DNA of 64,000 nucleotides, from contig JAEHCO010000003.1 in the NCBI GenBank assembly GCA_020697715.1, positions 160,001 through 224,000 of the forward strand. Reading direction: 5' to 3'. The stretch's first letter is position 1. Each line of letters starts with the position of its first letter. Origin of the DNA: Methanobacteriota archaeon. GTDB taxonomy: Archaea > Thermoplasmatota > Thermoplasmata > SG8-5 > JAGLSY01. This document shows, piece after piece, positions 37,297-47,272 of this stretch. Below the pieces are notes generated by a model. It was not told the DNA's origin. It ran no database searches and was given only the letters and a program-made list of their open reading frames with translations. Both the position numbers and the translations under genes were made by a program.

Positions 37297-37963
37297 TTAT
37301 GTAATCTATCATCAGGTAACCGCTGGCTACAAAGATTATATCGAATGCCAATATAAGCTTTATCCCATTGGATAGATCCGCCAAGACCGCTCCATCGAAT
37401 ATCTGGAAAGTGGCTTCCACCGATGTCATGATGACCGTGAAGAGCAGGATGGGTATGAGCAGGACCGGGAGCATGACCTGGCTCTGTGACAAGTTTGCCG
37501 AAATAGCCGAGATCAGATTTCCCAGAGCCGTGAAGCCGATGGTTCCCAGCACGATGATGCCCAGTAACATTCCCATATCTGGCATGGGTTGGGCGAAGAA
37601 GGCGAAGAATATCATTGTTGAGAATAAGTTCAATCCGAGTATTATGATGAAGGTTGCCAGGAACTTACCGAAATAGATGGAAGAAGCGGATATCGGAGCC
37701 AGCATCAATCCTTCTTTCGTTCCCTGCTCTACCTCTCTCTGGTAGATGGGAGCTAGTGCGAACATCCCGCTGAAGAAGAAAGTTATCCATAGGATCGGAG
37801 ACGCCAGTTCGGTCTCCGAGAAATCAATGAATTCGAATATGAACCTGAAGGAAGCCAGTATCATCAATGAAAGAATGAGCATGGAATTGATCATCTGCTT
37901 GTTCCTGAACTCGATCCTCAGCTCTTTCAGGAATATCGCACGGGTGGCACTAATGACCCTCAC
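37286..37963 (-). CDS. ccmB: CcmB permease
   Basis: KELRIEFR, LWITFFF, RE.E.GT.EGL.LAP, GKF, LPVLLIP. Confidence 0.9.
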   Translation of the reverse strand: MRVISATRAIFLKELRIEFRNKQMINSMLILSLMILASFRFIFEFIDFSETELASPILWITFFFSGMFALAPIYQREVEQGTKEGLMLAPISASSIYFGKFLATFIIILGLNLFSTMIFFAFFAQPMPDMGMLLGIIVLGTIGFTALGNLISAISANLSQSQVMLPVLLIPILLFTVIMTSVEATFQIFDGAVLADLSNGIKLILAFDIIFVASGYLMIDYIIEE

Positions 37964-38678
37964 CCCCTAATATCTCCTTGTATTTGGATAGGAATTCTCC
38001 TGTCTCCGCATTGTCATCGTCTATGATCTTTCCTTTGGACAGGATGCCTCTTCGCGTGGCTATCTCCATTCCTTTTTCTAGGTCATGGGTGATCATGAAG
38101 AATGTCACCCCTTCTTGATTCATTTTCTCGATGACCTTGTTCAGCATGGCCTGTGCATTGAGATCGAGACCGGAATACGGCTCATCCAGGAAAACAAGTT
38201 CTGGTGAGTGGAGAAGGGTTCTGGCCAGAGCCAGTCTCTGCTTCATCCCCCTGGAGAAGGAGCCCACCTTGTCGAATGACCTGTGATAGAGTTCCACCAT
38301 CTTCAGCATCTCTTCAATCCTTTTCTCTTTGTTTGGAATTGAATAAAGGTCTGCGAAGAAATCCAGGTTCTCATGAGCCGTGAGATCCCTGTAAAGATAT
38401 GGCTCATGGGACATGAATCCTATTTTTCTGCGAATGTCTTTGAGATCGTCCTCCGCGCTCATACCAAAGTGAGAGATCTCTCCTTTATCCGAGTGTATGA
38501 GGGTGGCCAGTATCTTGACCAGGGTGGTCTTACCGACACCATTGGAACCAAAGAGAACATAAACATCTCCTTTGTGAAGTTCCAGATCCAGACCATTGAG
38601 CACGTTCTTCTTTCCGAAGCTTCTACGTATGCCCTTGGCCTTGAGAATTCCATCTGCCATTGATACGATGGAATTCAT
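37950..38678 (-). CDS. ccmA: CcmA ABC ATPase
   Basis: GSNGVGKTT, FSRGMKQR, LDEPY, THD; adjacent to ccmB. Confidence 0.9.
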   Translation of the reverse strand: MNSIVSMADGILKAKGIRRSFGKKNVLNGLDLELHKGDVYVLFGSNGVGKTTLVKILATLIHSDKGEISHFGMSAEDDLKDIRRKIGFMSHEPYLYRDLTAHENLDFFADLYSIPNKEKRIEEMLKMVELYHRSFDKVGSFSRGMKQRLALARTLLHSPELVFLDEPYSGLDLNAQAMLNKVIEKMNQEGVTFFMITHDLEKGMEIATRRGILSKGKIIDDDNAETGEFLSKYKEILGGEGH

Positions 38679-38717
38679 TGTTATTATTAAAACCTTCTAA
38701 TATAGCAAAGGAAAGCA

Positions 38718-39422
38718 TCATCTTCTGGGTTCTTCCCCGAACATGTCGATGTCCTTGAGCTCATCAGGGTGATGGTGCTTCATCTGTTCACGTGTCATCT
38801 TTCCCGTGAGCCAGGTCATCTGCATTGGATCATCTGGTAGGAAATGCACATTGTAAAAGTGAGATATTATAACGACCAGTGTGGCGACGAAAGCCTCGTA
38901 GAAATGCATAACTCCGGCCAGGTTCACCCAGCCAAATGGTATGAATTTCAATGCAACGAAGGGGAACCATAGTATGAAACCAGATATTCCCATGACCAGT
39001 ATACCCCAGACAACACCCCAGTATTCCAATTTCTCCTTCCAGATATATCTATCCCAGGATGGCATCTCGCCAAAACCAAAGAGAGCTTTGAAGTATTGGA
39101 TCAATTCCCTCACGTCCCTTTTGCTGATCATCATTTTGTGCTTCATTAGGGATTTTATGTTCTTGTGATTGATCAAAAGATTGAATACGTGGTAAACTCC
39201 AAGAAGAACCATCAAAAGACCGGACCAATGGTGTATCTGTGTCCTCCACCACCATCCGCCCATGAGCTCCACGAGGAGCTTCGCCCACCAGGTTTCTGGG
39301 AAGCTTAGAGGGAAACCTGTGACTATCTGGGCTACGAACGTACCCAGCAGTACGATATGCTGTATGCGGGTGTTCTTACCCCATCGCAGGTACTCTTTTC
39401 CTGAATTCTCATCGCTTTCCAT
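38718..39422 (-). CDS. Membrane di-heme cytochrome b (FdnI/HyaC-like)
   Basis: RIQH...TG, QIHH.....H, RY...EKLEYW, SG..LW, MH.YEA......H.Y.VH, M..TWLTG.M......HHP. Confidence 0.85.
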   Translation of the reverse strand: MESDENSGKEYLRWGKNTRIQHIVLLGTFVAQIVTGFPLSFPETWWAKLLVELMGGWWWRTQIHHWSGLLMVLLGVYHVFNLLINHKNIKSLMKHKMMISKRDVRELIQYFKALFGFGEMPSWDRYIWKEKLEYWGVVWGILVMGISGFILWFPFVALKFIPFGWVNLAGVMHFYEAFVATLVVIISHFYNVHFLPDDPMQMTWLTGKMTREQMKHHHPDELKDIDMFGEEPRR

Positions 39423-40634
39423 TTACTCACCGCCCTCTTCTGCTTCAGCTTCTTCTTTCTGGGCTTCTCTATTTGCTTTCCACTTGTTCACTGTTCTTCC
39501 TACTATTTTACCCCAGCCAAAGTTCTCAAGGAACATGAGACCGATCAACCCGCCCATCATGCCTATGATCGCTAATTTGTATATCATTGGGATAAGTTCT
39601 ATGAGATTGAGACCAAAGATGTAGTAGACCTCTTCTCTCTCTCCGAGTGATCCTTCATAATGCACGTGTCCCTCTGCGACCAATTCCAGGTCCAGGTCGT
39701 TCCCGTGACAATCCTTATCACTGGATCCTCCAGAACATGTACTCGCGATATTATCTGGGTGGACGATAGAATCGGGATCTGAAACTGGTTTGATACCATG
39801 CACACCGTGGCAGTCTGGACATGATGCCACGATCTCTTCGCCAAACACCACATAAGCCCCATGATATGAATCCTGGAAGCTGTAGAACTTGGATGAGTGG
39901 CAATTGCCGCATGTGTCCGGGCTGTTCAATGTGTAAACTGGTGATTCTGGATTATTATGCTTTTCAATATGATGGATACCGTGGCAATCCGTGCAGGTAT
40001 TGGCCACAATGGTCTCTCCGTCTTCATTCATGATATATCCATTATGGATGCTGGTCTTGAACTCGGCAGATTCATTCGGATGGCATCCTCCGCATATTTT
40101 CAGGATATCCTCTCTTTCTGGCAATCCAATGAAATTACCACTCATTGCATCCATATCATTGTTTGGATCACCACCATGGCAATCCGCACAGGTAGTTCCG
40201 GCTTCCTTGTGGGTGCTGGAGAACCAGTCTTCACCTGCCATCGTGTAGTTGATATCCGCGTGGCAATCCGCACAGGTGATATCCACTGGAATATGGCTCA
40301 CATTCCAGTCATCATTAAAGGTGGCTGCCATTTTATCAGGATGGCAATCTGAACAATACATTTCATAATTCATGTGGCTGGGCCACCATTCATCACTGTG
40401 TATGGTGATGTCCGCACCTTCTATGTCACTGTGACATTCCAGACAGCTTAGGCCTGCAATTGGTGTCACATCTTCATATGTGAATTGTATTTCCGGTGCC
40501 TGATTCTCTCTCATTTCCTTGTCGACATTTTGGATATCTACGTAAATATATACCAGGAGTGAAATAACACAGACCAAATACAATATCCATGCATAATTCT
40601 TAATGAATCCCTTGATGCTGGATCGTGTAGCCAT
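39423..40634 (-). CDS. Membrane-anchored multiheme cytochrome c (8 CxxCH plus one CX8CH)
   Basis: CLECH, CSDCH, CADCH x2, CGGCH, CTDCH, CGNCH, CPDCH, CSGGSSDKDCH; N- and C-terminal TM helices; start placed after GGAGGAGG. Confidence 0.92.
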   Translation of the reverse strand: MATRSSIKGFIKNYAWILYLVCVISLLVYIYVDIQNVDKEMRENQAPEIQFTYEDVTPIAGLSCLECHSDIEGADITIHSDEWWPSHMNYEMYCSDCHPDKMAATFNDDWNVSHIPVDITCADCHADINYTMAGEDWFSSTHKEAGTTCADCHGGDPNNDMDAMSGNFIGLPEREDILKICGGCHPNESAEFKTSIHNGYIMNEDGETIVANTCTDCHGIHHIEKHNNPESPVYTLNSPDTCGNCHSSKFYSFQDSYHGAYVVFGEEIVASCPDCHGVHGIKPVSDPDSIVHPDNIASTCSGGSSDKDCHGNDLDLELVAEGHVHYEGSLGEREEVYYIFGLNLIELIPMIYKLAIIGMMGGLIGLMFLENFGWGKIVGRTVNKWKANREAQKEEAEAEEGGE

Positions 40635-40690
40635 CTCTAATTCCTCCTCCTGATCTCGGAATTCAGAATGCAATCACTTTGTTCTCGCAT

Positions 40691-41518
40691 TCAGCTACCT
40701 CCCGATCTTGATGTGAATCTAATAGCAATGGCGATCATTGAGATCAAAGCCAGGATCGTCAAGAAACCTGGGGCGGGTAATAGCTTATCATGCTGCTCAT
40801 ATACATCTTCTTCTAGATCGTATATACCCAGATCCTCTAGCAGATCTTTAGGTGGCACACCCACCGATATAAAAGTGGAGCCCGTTGCTGTGCCTTCAGA
40901 ATATTCTGCCTCTATTATGACCTCATGAGTTCCCGCTGCAGGAGCGATCTCGAATATCACATATCGCATCTCTTCCTTCTGGATCGTGATGCTCTTCAGG
41001 GTCTGTAGTATCTCACCTCCTACTGTGAGGGATACATTGACATCTCTTGCATTTCCATTTCCTGTATTGTTGATATAAGCGTAAATGAACATCTTCTGCC
41101 CTTCATAGGCATCCTTGGCAGATCTGTTGACATTGGTTATGATAAGGTGAGCTATGCGAGGAGATGGTATGGATGTGGCATCTCCAGGGTTTGAAGCATT
41201 CTCTATCTCATTCCTGTTGGGATAACCATCACCATCCGAATCAAGGTGGCCGATGGCGCTGATCGCACCCGCGGCATCGGATATATGATTCGCATCGGCT
41301 TCGAAATCCACGCCATATGGATTGAGCCCTGCAAAATCTCCTGGTGGATGGCATACATCACAATCTCCCTTGAGATCGCCTTCGATATAAGACCCGTAAG
41401 AACTATAGCCAGATGAGATAATACAGGTAACCAGTAGAAGAGTTATGAATACAGGGATAAGCAGGGCTATTTTGATCGATCTCGCCCTCCATTTTCTTTG
41501 TCCTTCCATGGTATTCAC
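40691..41518 (-). CDS. Secreted monoheme protein with CARDB-like domain and PGF-CTERM-like anchor
   Basis: CDVCH, LNPYG.DF, DSDGDG..N..EI, CARDB-like INNTG...A.DVNV, APGF followed by TM helix and Arg. Confidence 0.75.
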   Translation of the reverse strand: MNTMEGQRKWRARSIKIALLIPVFITLLLVTCIISSGYSSYGSYIEGDLKGDCDVCHPPGDFAGLNPYGVDFEADANHISDAAGAISAIGHLDSDGDGYPNRNEIENASNPGDATSIPSPRIAHLIITNVNRSAKDAYEGQKMFIYAYINNTGNGNARDVNVSLTVGGEILQTLKSITIQKEEMRYVIFEIAPAAGTHEVIIEAEYSEGTATGSTFISVGVPPKDLLEDLGIYDLEEDVYEQHDKLLPAPGFLTILALISMIAIAIRFTSRSGGS

Positions 41519-41603
41519 GCTCTTTTTTTCTCTCGATTTTATTTCCTGACTATATGATGTGATATTTATACATACTCTAAACGATAGTTAACTTTCAAAG
41601 TGC

Positions 41604-43142
41604 CTAATGCTGCCCCTTACCAGCATGTTTCTTTTTGTATTCCTTCGCTCTCTCCTTAAAGGCCTTGTCTTCAGGCATGACCATTTTTACAGCAGCCATT
41701 GCACCCATCCCAAGGTCCATGGCTATCTTCGGTATCGGTATTCCCTGCTTCGTGATCCCTTCAATGGATTTTCCAGGGTTCATTATGTCGTGAGGGTCCA
41801 GAACTGTTTTGATATCGAACATGAGCTCAGCAGCCTCGCCTCTTATCTTTGGCAGATTGCCTGCAAAGAGTAATCCAAGTCCAAGAGGACGGCCACCATG
41901 CTCGAAGCCTATGTCTCCCAGCTTTTTTGGGAAAGCCAAGCTGGTGGTTCCCTTGATGAGCTTTTTATCATCAAATATGAAGTATGGTAGTAATGCCACA
42001 GTGTTCCTGTCGGTTACCATTCCTATTACGGATGCCTCCATTCCCATATTGTCAACAAGCTCGTATATGTCCCTCAGCACATGGGGTAGCTTATTGAGCG
42101 GAACAACGATCTCACCAAGAGCGGCACTGAGACCAACCTCTCTTGGCCTGAACTCATATGCTCTCTCATTCCATTCATGCTCTGCTATGGAATCACTCAT
42201 CTTTTTGCCTTCGAATTGGGCGCTGAGATTATCCAGAACATCTTCCTCCACTTTCACAGATTCTATAGTTCCTTCCAGTGCGACATTTATCAAAGCACCC
42301 TTCCCTGGTGTGTGCTTTCCCATCATATCGAGGAATTGAACATGGATCTCATCAACATAAGAAATATTCAATGGTCTGATCTTGCTCCTGGTAATAGCTC
42401 TGATAAATGGAAATGCCTTGGCCAGTGTGTCGAACTGGTATGATGTCGGCCTTAGGATCTCAGGGGCTGGTTCGGCCATCAAAGTGACCTTTGTTATAAT
42501 TCCCAGGGTTCCTTCGCTTCCAACGAAAAGTCCGTTAAGGTTGTATCCCGCACTATGGTCGGAAACTCCACTGAAGCCAGTTTCTATTATTCTGCCATCT
42601 GGAAGAACTACTTCCATGCTCCTTATATTCTGACCAACGGATCCATATTTGTAACATCCGATCCCTATACCACCAGTATTGATCCATCCGCCCACAGTGG
42701 CGGCATACATACTTGAAGGGTAGGAAACTACGAACAATCCTCTTTTCAAGGCTATATCATAAACCTTTTTCCAAACTGCCCCGGCCTCGACAACGATCTC
42801 AAGATTATCCTGATCTACATGGATAACCCTGTCCATGGATGAGATGTCGATCACGATCCCGCCTTGACTTGGTATCGCACCTCCAAAGCCCCATGTTGCT
42901 GCTCCTCGAGGGATCACAGGAATATCGTACTTGATGGCCACCTTGACTATCTGTGATACTTCCTCCGCACTTTTTGGCCTGATAACAGCATCGGGCATGG
43001 TATTGAATGCCAGACCGACCTCTTTTGGCAATGGTGCCAGATCATGACTGTATAGTATCTTCTCGGTCTCCGTGATCTTAACCCTGTTTGGGCCAACTAT
43101 CTTTACAAGGCTCTCGAATATCTCCACATTGTCCCTTGTCAT
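41604..43142 (-). CDS. FAD-linked oxidase, GlcD/VAO (PCMH) family, substrate unknown
   Basis: PDAVIRP, PRGAAT...GG, YPSS...ATVGG, YKYG, GSEGTLGIIT, DP..IMNPGK. Confidence 0.85.
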   Translation of the reverse strand: MTRDNVEIFESLVKIVGPNRVKITETEKILYSHDLAPLPKEVGLAFNTMPDAVIRPKSAEEVSQIVKVAIKYDIPVIPRGAATWGFGGAIPSQGGIVIDISSMDRVIHVDQDNLEIVVEAGAVWKKVYDIALKRGLFVVSYPSSMYAATVGGWINTGGIGIGCYKYGSVGQNIRSMEVVLPDGRIIETGFSGVSDHSAGYNLNGLFVGSEGTLGIITKVTLMAEPAPEILRPTSYQFDTLAKAFPFIRAITRSKIRPLNISYVDEIHVQFLDMMGKHTPGKGALINVALEGTIESVKVEEDVLDNLSAQFEGKKMSDSIAEHEWNERAYEFRPREVGLSAALGEIVVPLNKLPHVLRDIYELVDNMGMEASVIGMVTDRNTVALLPYFIFDDKKLIKGTTSLAFPKKLGDIGFEHGGRPLGLGLLFAGNLPKIRGEAAELMFDIKTVLDPHDIMNPGKSIEGITKQGIPIPKIAMDLGMGAMAAVKMVMPEDKAFKERAKEYKKKHAGKGQH

Positions 43143-43912
43143 GCTACAACCTCATTTGTGATCTCATTATCCTGCTTTTGTTCCGCGGTTTCGATGGTCT
43201 CTTCGACCGCTTCAACTTTAACTACTTCTTCTATTTCGACTACTGGGTCCTGATAAAGACGGCCAGTCAATTCCCTGTACCATAGATAATGGTATTTTCT
43301 AACATACCATTCTGGTAGAGTTCCAGTGACAAAATATGCTCTGAACTTGACCATGTCTCTTTTTCTTAAGTGAAGGGAAGCCCTGTAGAAAACGAACCAT
43401 ATCAGGAATATTCCCATGATGATATGGATCAGAAATCCGTATTCATGCAGGGATGCTATTTGCATTATTCCTGCCGTGATGCCCAAAACTCCGATCTTGA
43501 AAATGAAAGCGATGTAAGAAAGTCTTTGATGGCCCTGATATTTTCCATGGCTCCCCATCTCTTCTCTTGGAGCCAGGAACATCAGGAAAAGGAAGGTGTG
43601 AATGACACCCTTGATCTCTTTTGCTGGATTCTTGGGCAGGATCTCGACCTCTTTGCGTCCTATGTTCAATACAACATGCAGGGCACCGACACCCAGAAGG
43701 CCAATGGCAGAGTACATGTGAACATCTATCATCCATGAGAAGTGCGGGATCTCGTTAAATATCCCTCCATATATATCAAGCTCATGGAACACGAATTCCT
43801 TGAATAATATCCCTCCAGAAATGACCACGCCACCGAGGAGAATCAACACTAACCAATTGATGACGACCGCATCTTTTCCAAAGATCTTGATCTCCTTCTT
43901 TTTCTCTCTCAT
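43139..43912 (-). CDS. Membrane cytochrome b-like protein
   Basis: Four TM helices, DVH.....LH, GKYQGHQRL.Y, LIH, ..VTG.LP..Y....H..WY.E pattern as in the FdnI family. Confidence 0.7.
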   Translation of the reverse strand: MREKKKEIKIFGKDAVVINWLVLILLGGVVISGGILFKEFVFHELDIYGGIFNEIPHFSWMIDVHMYSAIGLLGVGALHVVLNIGRKEVEILPKNPAKEIKGVIHTFLFLMFLAPREEMGSHGKYQGHQRLSYIAFIFKIGVLGITAGIMQIASLHEYGFLIHIIMGIFLIWFVFYRASLHLRKRDMVKFRAYFVTGTLPEWYVRKYHYLWYRELTGRLYQDPVVEIEEVVKVEAVEETIETAEQKQDNEITNEVVA

Positions 43913-43924
43913 ATTCTACCTCTC

Positions 43925-45274
43925 TCATGGTCCGTGTATCTTGCCTAGTTCCTCAGGGCTATGGCAACCGCAACCATCTGTTTCATTGTCGTGGAATGAT
44001 GGTACGGTATGACAGCCATTGCATCTATCCCAATTCACAATTATACTACCATGTTCATTATGGCAATTTATGCATTCCTGGGATTTGTGATATGCCTCGC
44101 CCAGATGTTCGACCTGGTCTGAATGGCATTCTGAGCAGAATGAATTGGATATCATGAAGGATGTCTCCAATGTGATGGACAATGGGCTGTGAGCTCCTGT
44201 GGTGTGGCAGCTCAGGCAATCATCATACGGAGCGCCAGTCATATGCTGGATATTGTCGCTGTTGTGACAATCATCACAATCTGGACTGTATTTATGATCT
44301 GTGTGACATTCTGGACATCCATCTTCCCATCCATGGGCGGAGTCAGAATTTGTTAATTTATCGTAGGTGTCTGAATGACAATCTGAGCAGAAGCTGGAAT
44401 CGACCTTGAAAATACCATGTTCCTGAACTATCTCATAAGGAACACGAGCGTCCTCCGGGTGTAGTCTATCATGGCAGAACATACAATTATCCATGACCGT
44501 TCTGTGGCCTATGAACTCTGGCTGTGTGTGGCAATCTCCCATCCCACAGGTCCTATCCCTGTGGAGGTCTATCTCTTCCGAGCTCAGATCATGGCAGGTG
44601 GGGCATGCGAATCTTGTGAAACCAATACCATTCATTCTCTGATCGTGGCAGTCGACACATGTCTCCTGGGATTCCAACTCTGAGTAATCAGTTCCATTCT
44701 CTGTTAGAGGATGCCAGATCATGCGGGTTGGCCAGGTGGTCGTACCATCTTCATCCGTGATATGGGATGAACCTCTGGGCACTGGAGCCTCTATTTTCCA
44801 ATCCAGAACATCATGACAACCCTTCAGGCAATTTTCAGCCGGAACGAATCCATGAAGATTGTCTGGATCATAATTGTCCAATATCAAATAGACAAGGTCT
44901 TTGGTCCCATCAATGGTAACGGCCTCTACCTGGCCTATGATTCCTTCTCCTGTGTGACAATCAACACACAGTACCTCTTTATCCAGATGTGATATCATGA
45001 TCGAATTGTTCTGGGGATTCAGGTAACTGTCATAATACGGGACCATTGGATGGCATGTGAGACCACAAAATTCTGGCTCTTTGTGGTAATCGATAAGTAC
45101 CCAGGAGGCCAATATTATGGCTCCCAGAATTATCAAAAGAGAGAAAACATAAGCGATGCCCTTCAAGTTGATCTTATCACCTCGGAATCTTTTCAGCATG
45201 TACATTATTGCGAATGACCATGCTCCAGTTATCACGAAGAACAGTATGAACCCGATCAAGACTTCCTTCAACAC
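43925..45274 (-). CDS. NapC/NirT-like N-terminus fused to a multiheme cytochrome c (11 CxxCH plus 4 variant motifs)
   Basis: Two TM helices, PEFCGLTCHPM..YY.S...SH...CVDCH; further CxxCH motifs, CX3CH x2, CX4CH, CXCH. Confidence 0.9.
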   Translation of the reverse strand: MLKEVLIGFILFFVITGAWSFAIMYMLKRFRGDKINLKGIAYVFSLLIILGAIILASWVLIDYHKEPEFCGLTCHPMVPYYDSYLNPQNNSIMISHLDKEVLCVDCHTGEGIIGQVEAVTIDGTKDLVYLILDNYDPDNLHGFVPAENCLKGCHDVLDWKIEAPVPRGSSHITDEDGTTTWPTRMIWHPLTENGTDYSELESQETCVDCHDQRMNGIGFTRFACPTCHDLSSEEIDLHRDRTCGMGDCHTQPEFIGHRTVMDNCMFCHDRLHPEDARVPYEIVQEHGIFKVDSSFCSDCHSDTYDKLTNSDSAHGWEDGCPECHTDHKYSPDCDDCHNSDNIQHMTGAPYDDCLSCHTTGAHSPLSITLETSFMISNSFCSECHSDQVEHLGEAYHKSQECINCHNEHGSIIVNWDRCNGCHTVPSFHDNETDGCGCHSPEELGKIHGP

Positions 45275-45450
45275 TTATTTCACCTATCTCTCGCTTGCCA
45301 AGTAGGCATTCGAGGTCATACTTTAGCAATATATATGGTTTATGTATAGTTTTATGGCGTTATCTTGACTATATTGCTCATATTCTTATGCTTCAGCTTG
45401 GGAATAATTATATATTCCAATCTTTGATTGCCCATTCTGGAGTCTGATAA

Positions 45451-47151
45451 ATGAACTCACCATATATTGCCAAAAATAGAATGACCATGGTCATAGTTAC
45501 AGTCTCACTTCTATTTTCATTATCATTGCCTACGCTTTCCTCAGCACAGGATCCAGCATGCCCTGTTCCAGAACCCGGATTGGGTATGATATCTTACCAC
45601 GAGCTCATGTTATTCCAGGGTGATAATCCAAATACCCCTGAAATTGAGCCAGATAGTTTGGTAAAAGCAAGTGACAAGACAAGATGGATAGTCCCATGGA
45701 ATGCTTCTTATGTTTATGTTTCAGTTCCAGAAAGTTCATACAATGTGGCCATAACGAATGTCGAATATGATGGTGTGGACTTTGTCGCAGGAAGGTATAA
45801 TCTTCCAGATGGGACGATGCCACCTCAATATTCTCTGGTCACCACTGGCAATGCCGCTGGTTCTTACAAATGGGAAATTCCTGCTGAAGCACCTCGTTAT
45901 ACAACGGTGAAGGCACTTTACAATTCATCAGGACTTGATCAAGCATATGACAATGATACTGGCATGGCAAATATTGATGAATGGAACTTCACCCAGGATT
46001 CGATGAGATTGGCTGCTGGCATCCCTTCAGCCAATTACACTTCCAAAATGGAGAATATTGGCTATGATATTGTTTCCATCAATATCAGTCTGAACTCATC
46101 ATCAAACTCGGATAATATCACCTTTCTGATATCTGAGGACGATGGCGATAACTGGATGGAGGTGGAGTTTGGAATGCGGATGGAGATGTCTGCGGTATCT
46201 GCCGAAATGCGATTCATGATCCAAATGTCCCAGGATACGGATCTCAATAATACACCCGTGATAGACGATCTCCTTATGGATATCGAATTCATTCCAGACA
46301 ATATCGATGTCTGGCTGGAAACAAGTTATGATATAGATATACCTGCAGATGGCATTGATTTCTCAATTCATCTGACTTACGATATCCCGGATATGCCCAT
46401 TTATTATGTGGGATACTTTGATGAGGAAATTCATGTGGAGAGTGGCTTCCAGGTCACCACAACTGCTTTCGAAACACTACCTGGAAAGATGGTTTACATG
46501 ACCATGGGTGAGGGACACAGTGATCACCTTTCCTTCTCTATCAGAATGCCCACATCCTCTAATGAGATGTCCACATCGACCTCGGTGATCATAGTACTTA
46601 TATTCGTGATACTGACAATGAGCATCGTGGGTCTTTATCTTAGAAAATATGCTTTGTCCGATGATAAGGATGAGTCTGAGGATGAGAAAGATGAGAACGA
46701 TCCTCAAACAAGCGAAGATGAATCATCTGTATCCGAATCTTCAGCAAAGGACATCATTGAAGACAAACCAGATAGGTCGGATATCACTAACAGAAAAAAG
46801 ATCCTGGAGGACACCATCGCCAGGTTGGATACAGAAGTAAGTTCTGGCTTGATCAGTGCCAGTGTGGCAGAACGGATGAAGACATCTTATAATGAAGAAC
46901 TGGATGAGATAAACAGCCAGTTGGGAGAAGAGGGTGATATCGATGCCTCCTCTGATAACGATATCATCGAAGAAAGATCTGCCGAGCTCGAAGATCTCAA
47001 ATCCAGTAAATCCGAGGTCATAAATAAATTGAAAGACCTGGATCAGAGACTGGAGAACGGAGAGGTGTCTGATGAAGAGCATGCGATCCTAAAGGCCAGT
47101 TACAAGAAGCAAGCCATTGATATCATGAAGAAAATGGATTCAATTGAATAA
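45451..47151 (+). CDS. Secreted single-TM protein with acidic linker and CcmI/CycH-like C-terminal repeats
   Basis: Signal peptide, TM near residue 380, two L..LD.....G.(I/V)S......K.SY motifs; directly upstream of ccmF. Confidence 0.6.
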   Translation: MNSPYIAKNRMTMVIVTVSLLFSLSLPTLSSAQDPACPVPEPGLGMISYHELMLFQGDNPNTPEIEPDSLVKASDKTRWIVPWNASYVYVSVPESSYNVAITNVEYDGVDFVAGRYNLPDGTMPPQYSLVTTGNAAGSYKWEIPAEAPRYTTVKALYNSSGLDQAYDNDTGMANIDEWNFTQDSMRLAAGIPSANYTSKMENIGYDIVSINISLNSSSNSDNITFLISEDDGDNWMEVEFGMRMEMSAVSAEMRFMIQMSQDTDLNNTPVIDDLLMDIEFIPDNIDVWLETSYDIDIPADGIDFSIHLTYDIPDMPIYYVGYFDEEIHVESGFQVTTTAFETLPGKMVYMTMGEGHSDHLSFSIRMPTSSNEMSTSTSVIIVLIFVILTMSIVGLYLRKYALSDDKDESEDEKDENDPQTSEDESSVSESSAKDIIEDKPDRSDITNRKKILEDTIARLDTEVSSGLISASVAERMKTSYNEELDEINSQLGEEGDIDASSDNDIIEERSAELEDLKSSKSEVINKLKDLDQRLENGEVSDEEHAILKASYKKQAIDIMKKMDSIE

Positions 47152-47272
47152 CTGATAAAATGATCTGCATAAATTGTTTATTAATTATTTTATTCAAATA
47201 ATGGATGATATTTGCCCATAATCTGCTTTTTCATGTGAAAGATATATATATCCGGCCAAATTCCACATATCA

